Source of the DNA: Takakia lepidozioides
Lineage: Eukaryota > Plantae > Bryophyta
Length of the DNA stretch: 64,000 nucleotides
Reading direction: 5' to 3'
Assembly: GCA_030704615.1 (NCBI GenBank)
Contig: JAKLZA010000278.1
Coordinates: forward strand, 1-64,000
Shown here: positions 13,231-26,560 of the stretch, piece after piece
Position numbering within the stretch: the first letter of the stretch is position 1
Layout of the letters: each line of letters opens with the position of its first letter
Made by a program: the position numbers and the translations under genes
The notes under the pieces: generated by a model
Told to the model about the DNA's origin: nothing
The model's input: the letters and a program-made list of their open reading frames with translations, nothing else
The model's database searches: none

Positions 13231-16200
13231 ACATAATCCAGTTCTTGAGCCATTCATCTTCTAAAAAAGGCATCCTGTGTTGGCTTGAAAACCGATTATC
13301 AGTGCCAAGACACATGCAAGATTCGTAAAGTAGAAACGGGGCTGAGTTTTTTCAGGCATATGCAGGCCTGGATGGTATTCCGGGGCCTCATAAACAGCTC
13401 TGCCAGGGTAAAAAATAAATAACTCAGAATTCCAGGTCAATCATATCATGAAAGCACCATGGTTTAATAAAAAAATTCCCCTATACTTGCAGATTGTACC
13501 TTCATTTCATAAACCAGATTGCAGGTCTGGAGATAACCTCCAAAACCAAGCCCTTCAAGCAACAAGTGTCGTTCTTGCTTAGTTTTATCTAAGTAAGAAT
13601 ATCTCTACACCTAGCAAGGTGTATCATGACCAGGTTTAGGCCATGAAAAAGTATTTAAAACTGTCATGCTAGGCTACTTGCTGGACCATAAAGGTTACTG
13701 TTTTAGAATCCAGTTTTTGAATAAGTCGCCTTCCCAAAAAAAACAGCCAGCCTGAAGGTATCATAGCATTGCAAATGCATGAGCAAGCATTACATGCAAT
13801 GACATGGCTTATTTGAGTCTCTGTAAGGAGCTGCAGGTCTGGAATGGAATTCCAGGACTTCATGATCAAAACTCTGCCAGGGTAGAAGGTTAGAAGCACA
13901 CAACACCTACTAGCAAGCATGTCTTGAAAATCAAAATTATGATGGGGCCAGGTCTGAAGGTGCTTCAGTGCCAAGTCATAGGCAAGACTTCTAACAACAC
14001 AAAACACAGGGCTGAGTACCCTCAAGCAGATATGGGCCTAGAGTGGAATTCCAGGGCCTCATAAAAGCTCTGCCAGTTAAAGAAAGGAACTCAGAAACCC
14101 CTGTCCCTATCATGCAATGAAATCACGGTGATATGAGAGCCTTGAAGAATGTTGTTATCAGACAAGGTCTATCTTCTGATCCATCAAAGCCAAGGCCATG
14201 ATGTTTCATTTCAGAGCCTAGTTTCCATGCAGCCAGAGTTATAGCTGCAGCCCTATACCTTTGTTGAAAACAGCCAGAGCCTTCAGTAGAGATTTTGTTT
14301 TCTATGAAGTCCTTGTGTGTCTTAACTCCAAAACATGTAGAAGTGGTCATCAAGAACCAAAAACAAGGGTAAGGAGTAAGAAGGCGATCCTCATTAGAGC
14401 AGACTTGAAGCCGTTTTGAGGCAGCAAGGTGGCAGATTTGAAACAGCAACTGGCATCGGCAGCTTCAGGCGGTAGCAACAATCCCTTATGCAAGAATCGG
14501 ACTCTACAAGCTTCAAGAATTCAAGACAAGTGAAGACCCTCACCTGTGCCCGTCCCAAAAAACCACCACATAAAGATGTGTGTTAGCGAGGATGCATCAG
14601 GTGAGTGGCAGGTCTTCACAGTTGCTATCCATGTCAGTGCTGAATTCTAAAGCATGTACAGATCACAATTCAAGCAAGGGTAACCTCAAAAGACCTTGAG
14701 TGTTTGCGGTATGCCCTGCGCCATGGCGTCCAACAGAACACAATCACAGTAGAAGGGTTCACAGATAGAGAAGAGCTCATACAAAGTGAAAGAGCCATAT
14801 GTAATATGTAGATAAATAGGGGTAGAGTACTTCCCAACGAGGATAAAAAGCGCCGCTGCAATTAAAAGAACCATGAGGGTCTGAGCAAAGCAATCATCGC
14901 TTTGTCACCTGCCAGAGAAGAATCTGCATGACCGCCAATGCGCATCCCAAGAGCCAGCCATCACGGGTACCATGCAGCAGTTGGGGAGCAGATTTACACG
15001 GCGCATCACATCAAGGATCCCTGAAGCACGAGCTCTGTGCTGTGTGAAAGGTGTCGACCTGCTTAGGGCACAGATCCCCGATTTCTCATCCAAGGGGGGA
15101 TGAAAAGTCGCATTCTAGCAGGAGATGCACTGGTCAATGGATGACATCCATTAAAAAGGTAACTTTTAGGGTTAGGGTATAGGCTCAAGTTTAATAACTG
15201 CCATCATTTCTAATAAATGATGGTAAAATTACTCTCTCCTGGATTAAAATAGGTCACCATCGTTCATGGAATTCATCCCGTTTGGATGAAAAAGGAGAAA
15301 ACAAATGATAAACCAAGATTTATGCACAGCAAGGGTCATCATCCTAATAATTTCATCCATTTGGATGAGAAAGGAGATTAGGATGAAAAACCAAAATCTG
15401 CAGAGTAAGCGTCATCATCCTTCAAAAAATTCATCCAGTTTTGGATGAAAAGGGAATTGGGATGAACAACCAAATAACCAGCATTAAAAGGTTAAGGCCA
15501 GATGAAATCCAAAGAGTTATAGAGGGAGGGGAGAGAGGGAGAGAGAGGGACCCACCAGCCAATCCCCTGGCATGGCAGAACCTTACGGAGTGAGTGTGGT
15601 ATGCACTCACCCCGTAAGGGAGTGCATACCAAACCCCTTCTCATAAGGTTTCCCCTTTCATGTAGTTCTATCCTTAGATTATATTATCCAAGGGAGTAGA
15701 ATCCTACATCCTCTCTTCCTCCGTCATGAATGAAAATTGGCATAAAGTGTATCATAGCAAGACTGGTATAGTATAGAGAAAAGAACAGAGAGTTCAGTGG
15801 TATACTTAGCTCTGGATAGGTACAAAGTTTTTAGAAAATACCTTTCAGTTTCTCAATAAGCTCTCGCACAGGGAAGAACAGGCTAGGGAAGGAACCTCGT
15901 TCAAGGAACCTTGTCAAGATATAGCAGCAGCTCAGGTCTGTAGTACCATGCCTGTGATATAGACAAAACATCTTCTAGCAACAGATTAGAGTTGGGTATT
16001 TTTTTATGGTGCCACAAGGAGCGAAGCCATATCTAAGAGAAGTATAGAAGCACTTGATCAAAGGACTTGGTAGTCACTCGATCATAAGGTATTTGATTAT
16101 GATATAAGGCATCGGCTACAAGGGACTAGCTAACAAAAGTAGTGTGCATTGACCGGATCAAGTATAAGGTGTACACGTACTCCCGTAAGCTGTCTTACCA

Positions 16201-19200
16201 GGGCTTAGCTCATAATATCGGCATTCAGAAGTCCTTTAGATGCTCAGGTATCATCAAGGATGCCTTACTTTCATACCCAATCAATCAACCATACTATTGC
16301 TGGAGAAGATCATATCTGGCCAAGGGGGATTCATACCCCAAGGCTTTAAGTTCATCATTCCAGTTTGGAATCATGACCAGGTTTAGGCCATGAAAAAGTA
16401 TTTAAAACTGTCATGCTAGGCTACTTGCTGGACCATAAAGGTTACTGTTTTAGAATCCAGTTTTTGAATAAGTCGCCTTCCCAGAAAAAACAGCCAGCCT
16501 GAAGGTATCATAGCATTGCAAATGCATGAGCAAGCATTACATGCAATGACATGGCTATTTGAGTCTCTGTAAGGAGCTGCAGGTCTGGAATGGGAATTCC
16601 AGACTTCATGATCAAAACTCTGCCAGGGTATAGAAGGTTAGAAGCACACAACACCTACTAGCAAGCATGTCTTGAAAATCAAAATTATGATGGGGCCAGG
16701 TCTGAAGGTGCTTCAGTGCCAAGTCATAGGCAAGACTTCTAACAACACAAAACACAGGGCTGAGTACCCTCAAGCAGATATGGGCCTGGAGTGGAATTCC
16801 AGGGCCTCATAAAAAGCTCTGCCAGTTAAAGAAAGGGAACTCAGAAAACCCTGTCCCCTATCATGCAATGAAATCACGGTGATATGAGAGCCTTGAAGAA
16901 TGTTTGTTATCAGACAAGGTCTATCTTCTGATCCATCAAAGCCAAGGCCATGATGTTTCATTTCAGAGCCTAGTTTCCATGCAGCCAGAGTTATAGCTGC
17001 AGCCCTATACCTTTGTTGAAAACAGCCAGAGCCTTCAGTAGAGATTTTGTTTTCTATGAAGTCCCTTGTGTGTCTTAACTCCAAAACATGTAGAAGTGGT
17101 CATCAAGAACCAAAAACAAGGGGTAAGGAGTAAGAAGGCGATCCTCATTAGAGCAGACTTGAAGCCGTTTTGAGGCAGCAAGGTGGCAGATTTGAAACAG
17201 CAACTGGCATCGCAGCTTCAGGCGGGTAGTGTAGCAACAATCCCTTATGCAAGAATCGGACTCTACAAGCTTCAAGAATTCAAGACAAGTGAAGACCCTC
17301 ACCTGTGCCCGTCCCAAAAACCACCACATAAAGATGTGTGTTAGCGAGGATGCATCAGGTTGAGTGGCAGGTCTTCACAGTTGCTATCCATGTCAGTGCT
17401 GAATTCTAAAGCATGTACAGATCACAATTCAAGCAAGGGTAACCTCAAAAGACCTTGAGTGTTTGCGGTATGCCTGCGCCATGGCGTCCAACAGAACACA
17501 ATCACAGTAGAAGGGTTCACAGATAGAGAAGAGCTCATACAAAGTGAAAGAGCCATATGTAATATGTAGATAAATAGGGTATAGTACTTCCCAACGAGGA
17601 GTAAAAGCGCCGCTGCAATTAAAAAGAACCATGAGGGTCTGAGCAAAGCAATCATCGCTTTGTCACCTGCCAGAGAAGAATCTGCATGACCGCCAATGCG
17701 CATCCCAAGAGCCAGCCATCACGGGTACCATGCAGCAGTTGGGGAGCAGATTTACACGGCGCATCATCAAGGATCCCTGAAGCACGAGCTCTGTGCTGTG
17801 AAAGGTGTCGACCTGCTTAGGGCACAGATCCCGATTTCTCATCCAGGGGGATGAAAAGTCGCATTTCTAGCAGGAGATGCACTGGTCAATGGATGACATC
17901 CATAAAAGGTAACTTTTAGGGTTTTAGGGTATAGGCTCAAGTTTAATAACTGCCATCATTTCTAATAAATGATGGTAAAATTACTCTCTCCTGGATTAAA
18001 ATAGGTCACCATCGTTCATGGAATTCATCCCGTTTGGATGAAAAAAGGAGAAAACAAATGATAAAACCAAGATTTATGCACAGCAAGGGTCATCATCCTA
18101 ATAATTTCATCCAGATTTGGATGAGAAAGGAGATTAGGATGAAAAACCAAAATCTGCAGAGTAAGCGTCATCATCCTTCAAAAAAATTTATCCAGTTTGG
18201 ATGAAAAGGGAATGAAAGGGAATTGGGATGAACAACCAAAAACCAGCATTAAAAAAGGTTAAGGCCAGATGAAATCCAAAGAGTTATAGAGGGAGAGGGA
18301 GAGGGGAGAGAGAGGGACCCACCAGCCAATCCCCTGGCATGGCAGAACCTTACGGAGTGAGTGTGGTATGCACTCACCCGTAAGGGAGTGCATTACCAAA
18401 CCCCTTCTCATAAGGTTTCCCCTCTTCCATGTATTCTATCCTTAGATTATATTATCCAAGGGAGTAGAATCCTACATCCTCTCTTCCTCCGGTCATGAAT
18501 GAAACAGGCATAAAGTGTATCATAGCAAGACTGGTATAGTATCACGAGAAAAGAACAGAGAGAGTTCAGTGGTTTATACTTAGCTCTGGATAGGTACAAG
18601 TTTTTAGAAAATACCTTTCAGTTTCTCATAAGCTCTCGCACAGGAAGAACAGGCTAGGGGAAGGAACTCGTTCAAGGAACCTTGTCAAGATATAGCTGCA
18701 GCAGCTCAGGTCTGTAGTACCATGCCTGTGATATAGACAAAACATCTTCTAGCAACAGATTAGAGTTGGGTTTTTTTATGGTGCCACAAGGAGCGAAGCC
18801 ATATCTAAGAGAAGTATAGAAGCACTTGATCAAAGGACTTGGTAGTCACTCGATCATAAGGTATTTGATTCTGATATAAGGCATCGGCTACAAGGGACTA
18901 GCTAACAAAAGTAGTGTGCATTGACCGGATCAAGTATAAGGTGTACACATACTCCCGTAAGCTGTCTTACCAGGGCTTAGCTCATAATATCGGCATTCAG
19001 AAGTCCTTTAGATGCTCAGGTATCATCAAGGATGCCTTACTCTTCATACCCAATCAATCAACCATACTATTGCTGGAGAAGATCATATCTGGCCAAGGGG
19101 GATTCATACCCCAAGGCTTTAAGTTCATCATTCCAGTTTGGAATGTGTTTGCTGCCTATCTGCCTGCAAGGCTCCTCAAAAAATATCGTCAGTACATCAG

Positions 19201-22200
19201 AATGAGAAGGTGAAACAGGAAAGGAGAAGGGTAGATGGTGTGTACAAAAACCACTAAGTACACTGATCAGATAAAGAGAGGGAAGATATACATGTCATGT
19301 CAAGACATGGACAAGACCACTAAGGTCATTGTCATTGAAAGACAAAGCAGCCCTTTACAGGGCACCATCTAACAACCACTTCCATGTTTACCATCTCATT
19401 TGAATATCCCGTTACATTTCAGGGTATCTGAAAAAACAGGGTGGGAGGGTGGGATTCTTGGTCAATCATATTATGAAAGCACCATAGTTTGACATACAAC
19501 GATCACCACCATACTTGCCGATTGTAACATCATTTCAAAAACCAGATTGCAGGTCTGGAGATAAATCTCGAGAGCCAAGCACATAGTACTTTAAATTGCA
19601 ATTGAAACAGCAAGCCATACATGTCTTAAGCATTTGCCTGTTGACATAATGATTCCTCATTTTTTGTTGACATGGGTCAAGCCTTACATAATCCAGTTCT
19701 TGAGCCATTCATCTTCCTAAAAAGGCATCCTGTGTTGGCTTGAAACCGATCTATCAGTGCCAAGACACATGCAAGATTCGTAAAGTAGAAACGGGGCTGA
19801 GTTTTTTCAGGCATATGCAGGCCTGGATTGGTATTCCGGGGCCTCATAAACAGCTCTGCCAGGGTAAAAAATAAATAACTCAGAATTCCAGGTCAATCAT
19901 ATCATGAAAGCACCATGGTTTAATAAAAAAATTCCCCTATACTTGCAGATTGTACCTTCATTTCATAAACCAGATTGCAGGTCTGGAGATAACCTCCAAA
20001 ACCAAGCCCTTCAAGCAACAAGTGTCGTTCTTGCTTAGTTTTATCTAAGTAGAATATCTCTACACCTAGCAAGGTGTATCATGACCAGGTTTAGGCCATG
20101 AAAAAGTATTTAAAACTGTCATGCTAGGCTACTTGCTGGACCATAAAGGTTACTGTTTTAGAATCCAGTTTTTGAATAAGTCGCCTTCCAAAAAAAACAG
20201 CCAGCCTGAAGGTATCATAGCATTGCAAATGCATGAGCAAGCATTACATGCAATGACATGGCTTATTTGAGTCTCTGTAAGGAGCTGCAGGTCTGGAATG
20301 GAATTCCAGGACTTCATGATCAAAACTCTGCCAGGGTAGAAGGTTAGAAGCACACAACACCTACTAGCAAGCATGTCTTGAAAATCAAAATTATGATGGG
20401 GCCAGGTCTGAAGGTGCTTCAGTGCCAAGTCATAGGCAAGACTTCTAACAACACAAAACACAGGGCTGAGTACCCTCAAGCAGATATGGGCCTGGAGTGG
20501 AATTCCAGGGCCTCATAAAAAGCTCTGCCAGTTAAAGAAAGGAACTCAGAAACCCCTGTCCCCTATCATGCAATGAAATCACGGTGATATGAGAGCCTTG
20601 AAGAATGTTTGTTATCAGACAAGGTCTATCTTTCCATCAAAGCCAAGGCCATGATGTTTCATTTCGAGCCTAGTTTCCATGCAGAGAGTATTAGCTGCAG
20701 CCCTATACCTTTGTTGAAAACAGCCAGAGCCTTAAGTAGAGATTTTGTTTCTATGAAGTCCCTGGGTGTCTTACTCCAAAACATGTAGAAGTGGTCATCA
20801 AGAACAAAAACAAGGGTAAGGAGTAAGGAAGGCGATCCTCATTAGAGCAGACTTTGAAGCCGTTTTGAGGCAGCAAGGTGGCAGATTTGAAACAGCAACT
20901 GGCATCGGCAGCTTCAGGCGGTAGCAACAATCCCTTATGCAAGAATCGGACTCTACAAGCTTCAAGAATTCAAGACAAGTGAAGACCCTCACCTGTGCCC
21001 GTCCCAAAAACCACCACATAAAGATGTGTGTTAGCGAGGATGCATCAGGTGAGTGGCAGGTCTTCACAGTTGCTATCCATGTCAGTGCTGAATTCTAAAG
21101 CATGTACAGATCACAATTCAAGCAAGGGTAACCTCAAAAGACCTTGAGTGTTTGCGGTATGCCCTGCGCCATGGCGTCCAACAGATCGTCTCCAACAGAA
21201 CACAATCACAGTAGAAGGGTCACAGATAGAGAAGAGCTCGTACAAAGTGAAAGAGCCATATGTAATATGTAGATAAATAGGGGTAGAGTACTTCCCAACG
21301 AGGAGTAAAAGCGCCGCTGCAATTAAAAAGAACCATGAGGGTCTGAGCAAAGCAATCATCGCTTTGTCACCTGCCAGAGAAGAATCTGCATGACCGCCAA
21401 TGCGCATCCCAAGAGCCAGCCATCACGGGTACCATGCAGCAGTTGGGGAGCAGATTTACACGGCGCATCATCAAGGATCCCTGAAGCACGAGCTCTGTGC
21501 TGTGAAAGGTGTCGACCTGCTTAGGGCACAGATCCCCGATTTCTCATCCAGGGGGGATGAAAAGTCGCATTCTAGCAGGAGATGCACTGGTCATGGATGA
21601 CATCCATTAAAAAGGTAACTTTTAGGGTTAGGGTATAGGCTCAAGTTAATAACTGCCATCATTTCTAATAAATGATGGTAAAATTACTCTCTCCTGGATT
21701 AAAATAGGTCACCATCGTTCATGGATTCATCCCGTTTGGATGAAAAAGGAGAAAAACAAATGATAAACCAAGATTTATGCACAGCAAGGGTCATCATCCT
21801 AATAATTTCATCCATATTTGGATGAGAAAGGAGATTAGGATGAAAAAACCAAAAATCTGCAGAGTAAGCGTCATCATCCTTCAAAAAATTCATCCAGTTT
21901 GGATGAAAAGGGAATTGGGATGAACAACCAAATAACCAGCATTAAAAAGGTTAAGGCCAGATGAAATCCAAAGAGTTATAGAGGGAGAGGGAGAGAGGGA
22001 GAGAGAGGGACCCACCAGCCATCCCCTGGCATGGCAGAACCTTACGGAGTGAGTGTGGTATGCACTCACCCCGTAAGGGAGTGCATACCAAACCCCTTCT
22101 CATAAGGTTTCCCCTCTTCATGTAGTTCTATCCTTAGATTATATTATCCAAGGGAGAGTAGAATCCTACATCCTCTCTTCCTCCGGTCATGAATGAAACA

Positions 22201-25200
22201 TTGGCATAAAGTGTATCATAGCAAGACTGGTATAGTATCACGAGAAAAGAACAGAGAGTTCAGTGTTATACTTAGCTCTGGATAGGTACAAGTTTTTAGA
22301 AAATACCTTTCAGTTTCTCAATAAGCTCTCGCACAGGGAAGAACAGGCTAGGGAAGGAACCTCGTTCAAGGAACCTTGTCAAGATATAGCAGCAGCTCAG
22401 GTCTGTAGTACCATGCCTGTGATATAGACAAAACATCTTCTAGCAACAGATTAGAGTTGGGTATTTTTTTATGGTGCCACAAGGAGCGAAGCCATATCTA
22501 AGAGAAGTATAGAAGCACTTGATCAAAGGACTTGGTAGTCACTCGATCATAAGGTATTTGATTCTGATATAAGGCATCGGCTACAAGGGACTAGCTAACA
22601 AAGTAGTGTGCATTGACCGGATCAAGTATAAGGTGTACACGTACTCCCGTAAGCTGTCTTACCAGGGCTTAGCTCATAATATCGGCATTCAGAAGTCCTT
22701 TAGATGCTCAGGTATCATCAAGGATGCCTTACTCTTCATACCCAATCAATCAACCATACTATTGCTGGAGAAGATCATATCTGGCCAAGGGGGATTCATA
22801 CCCCAAGGCTTTAAGTTCATCATTCCAGTTTGGAATGTGTTTGCTGCCTATCTGCCTGCAAGGCTCCTCAAAAAAATATCGTCAGTACATCAGAATGAGA
22901 AGGGTGAAACAGGAAAGGAGAAGGGTAGATGGTGTGTACAAAAACCACTAAGTACACTGATCAGATAAAGAGAGGGAAGATATACATGTCATGTCAAGAC
23001 ATGGACAAGACCACTAAGGTCATTGTCATTGACAGACAAAGCAGCCCTTTACAGGGCACCATCTAACAACCACTTCCATGTTTACCATCTCATTTGAATA
23101 TCCCGTTACATTTCAGGGTATCTGAAAAAACAGGGTGGGAGGGTGGGATTCTTGGTCAATCATATTGTGAAAGCACCATAGTTTGACATACAACGATCAC
23201 CACCATACTTGCCGATTGTAACATCATTTCAAAAACCAGATTGCAGGTCTGGAGATAAATCTCGAGAGCCAAGCACATAGTACTTTAAATTGCAATTGAA
23301 ACAGCAAGCCATACATGTCTTAAGCATTTGCCTGTTGACATAATGATTCCTCATTTTTTGTTGACATGGGTCAAGCCTTACATAATCCAGTTCTTGAGCC
23401 ATTCATCTTCCTAAAAAGGCATCCTGTGTTGGCTTGAAACCGATCTATCAGTGCCAAGACACATGCAAGATTCGTAAAGTAGAAACGGGGCTGAGTTTTT
23501 TCAGGCATATGCAGGCCTGGATTGGTATTCCGGGGCCTCATAAACAGCTCTGCCAGGGTAAAAAATAAATAACTCAGAATTCCAGGTCAATCATATCATG
23601 AAAGCACCATGGTTTAATAAAAAAATTCCCCTATACTTGCAGATTGTACCTTCATTTCATAAACCAGATTGCAGGTCTGGAGATAACCTCCAAAACCAAG
23701 CCCTTCAAGCAACAAGTGTCGTTCTTGCTTAGTTTTATCTAAGTAAGAATATCTCTACACCTAGCAAGGTGTATCATGACCAGGTTTAGGCCATGAAAAG
23801 TATTTAAAACTGTCATGCTAGGCTACTTGCTGGACCATAAAGGTTACTGTTTTAGAATCCAGTTTTTGAATAAGTCGCCTTCCCAAAAAAAACAGCCAGC
23901 CTGAAGGTATCATAGCATTGCAAATGCATGAGCAAGCATTACATGCAATGACATGGCTTATTTGAGTCTCTGTAAGGAGCTGCAGGTCTGGAATGGAATT
24001 CCAGGACTTCATGATCAAAACTCTGCCAGGGTAGAAGGTTAGAAGCACACAACACCTACTAGCAAGCATGTCTTGAAAATCAAAATTATGATGGGGCCAG
24101 GTCTGAAGGTGCTTCAGTGCCAAGTCATAGGCAAGACTTCTAACAACACAAAACACAGGGCTGAGTACCCTCAAGCAGATATGGGCCTGGAGTGGAATTC
24201 CAGGGCCTCATAAAAAGCTCTGCCAGTTAAAGAAAGGAACTCAGAAACCCTGTCCCCTATCATGCAATGAAATCACGGTGATATGAGAGCCTTGAAGAAT
24301 GTTTGTTATCAGACAAGGTCTATCTTCTGATCCATCAAAGCCAAGGCCATGATGTTTCATTTCAGAGCCTAGTTTCCATGCAGCCAGAGTTATAGCTGCA
24401 GCCCTATACCTTTGTTGAAAACAGCCAGAGCCTTCAGTAGAGATTTTGTTTTCTATGAAGTCCCTTGTGTGTCTTAACTCCAAAACATGTAGAAGTGGTC
24501 ATCAAGAACCAAAAACAAGGGTAAGGAGTAAGAAGGCGATCCTCATTAGAGCAGACTTGAAGCCGTTTTGAGGCAGCAAGGTGGCAGATTTGAAACAGCA
24601 ACTGGCATCGGCAGCTTCAGGCGGTAGCAACAATCCCTTATGCAAGAATCGGACTCTACAAGCTTCAAGAATTCAAGACAAGTGAAGACCCTCACCTGTG
24701 CCCGTCCCAAAAACCACCACATAAAGATGTGTGTTAGCGAGGATGCATCAGGTGAGTGGCAGGTCTTCACAGTTGCTATCCATGTCAGTGCTGAATTCTA
24801 AAGCATGTACAGATCACAATTCAAGCAAGGGTAACCTCAAAAGACCTTGAGTGTTTGCGGTATGCCCTGCGCCATGGCGTCCAACAGATCGTCTCCAACA
24901 GAACACAATCACAGTAGAAGGGTTCACAGATAGAGAAGAGCTCGTACAAAGTGAAAGAGCCATATGTAATATGTAGATAAATAGGGGTAGAGTACTTCCC
25001 AACGAGGAGTAAAAGCGCCGCTGCAATTAAAAAGAACCATGAGGGTCTGAGCAAAGCAATCATCGCTTTGTCACCTGCCAGAGAAGAATCTGCATGACCG
25101 CCAATGCGCATCCCAAGAGCCAGCCATCACGGGTACCATGCAGCAGTTGGGGAGCAGATTTACACGGCGCATCATCAAGGATCCCTGAAGCACGAGCTCT

Positions 25201-25745
25201 GTGCTGTGAAAGGTGTCGACCTGCTTAGGGCACAGATCCCCGATTTCTCATCCAGGGGGGATGAAAAGTCGCATTCTAGCAGGAGATGCACTGGTCAATG
25301 GATGACATCCATTAAAAAGGTAACTTTTAGGGTTAGGGTATAGGCTCAAGTTTAATAACTGCCATCATTTCTAATAAATGATGGTAAAATTACTCTCTCC
25401 TGGATTAAAATAGGTCACCATCGTTCATGGAATTCATCCCGTTTGGATGAAAAAGGAGAAAACAAATGATAAACCAAGATTTATGCACAGCAAGGGTCAT
25501 CATCCTAATAATTTCATCCATATTTGGATGAGAAAGGAGATTAGGATGAAAAACCAAAATCTGCAGAGTAAGCGTCATCATCCTTCAAAAAATTCATCCA
25601 GTTTTGGATGAAAAGGGAATTGGGATGAACAACCAAATAACCAGCATTAAAAAGGTTAAGGCCAGATGAAATCCAAAGAGTTATAGAGGGAGAGGGAGAG
25701 AGGGAGAGAGAGGGACCCACCAGCCAATCCCCTGGCATGGCAGAA

Positions 25746-25813
25746 CCTTACGGAGTGAGTGTGGTATGCACTCACCCCGTAAGGGAGTGCATACCAAACC
25801 CCTTCTCATAAGG
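25746..25813. other. Overlapping inverted repeats (bistable hairpin), once per tandem unit
   Basis: CCTTACGGAGTGAGTG/CACTCACCCCGTAAGG (15/16) overlaps TGGTATGCACTC/GAGTGCATACCA (12/12). Confidence 0.85.
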
Positions 25814-25849
25814 TTTCCCCTCTTCCATGTAGTTCTATCCTTAGATTAT

Positions 25850-26560
25850 ATTATCCAAGGGAGTAGAATCCTACATCCTCTCTTCCTCCGGTCATGAATG
25901 AAACATTGGCATAAAGTGTATCATAGCAAGACTGGTATAGTATCACGAGAAAAGAACAGAGAGTTCAGTGGTATACTTAGCTCTGGATAGGTACAAGTTT
26001 TTAGAAAATACCTTTCAGTTTCTCAATAAGCTCTCGCACAGGGAAGAACAGGCTAGGGAAGGAACCTCGTTCAAGGAACCTTGTCAAGATATAGCAGCAG
26101 CTCAGGTCTGTAGTACCATGCCTGTGATATAGACAAAACATCTTCTAGCAACAGATTAGAGTTGGGTATTTTTTTATGGTGCCACAAGGAGCGAAGCCAT
26201 ATCTAAGAGAAGTATAGAAGCACTTGATCAAAGGACTTGGTAGTCACTCGATCATAAGGTATTTGATTCTGATATAAGGCATCGGCTACAAGGGACTAGC
26301 TAACAAAAGTAGTGTGCATTGACCGGATCAAGTATAAGGTGTACACGTACTCCCGTAAGCTGTCTTACCAGGGCTTAGCTCATAATATCGGCATTCAGAA
26401 GTCCTTTAGATGCTCAGGTATCATCAAGGATGCCTTACTCTTCATACCCAATCAATCAACCATACTATTGCTGGAGAAGATCATATCTGGCCAAGGGGGA
26501 TTCATACCCCAAGGCTTTAAGTTCATCATTCCAGTTTGGAATGTGTTTGCTGCCTATCTG
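25850..26560 (-). pseudogene. Decayed coding relic within the tandem unit (representative copy)
   Basis: Manual minus-strand translation gives long protein-like stretches interrupted by scattered stops and frameshifts, with weak resemblance to the retroelement extra-ORF C-terminus. Confidence 0.35.

Noticed and set aside
25325-25339. Interstitial telomere array
   Set aside because: Only two repeat units per monomer; at most a telo-box-like motif
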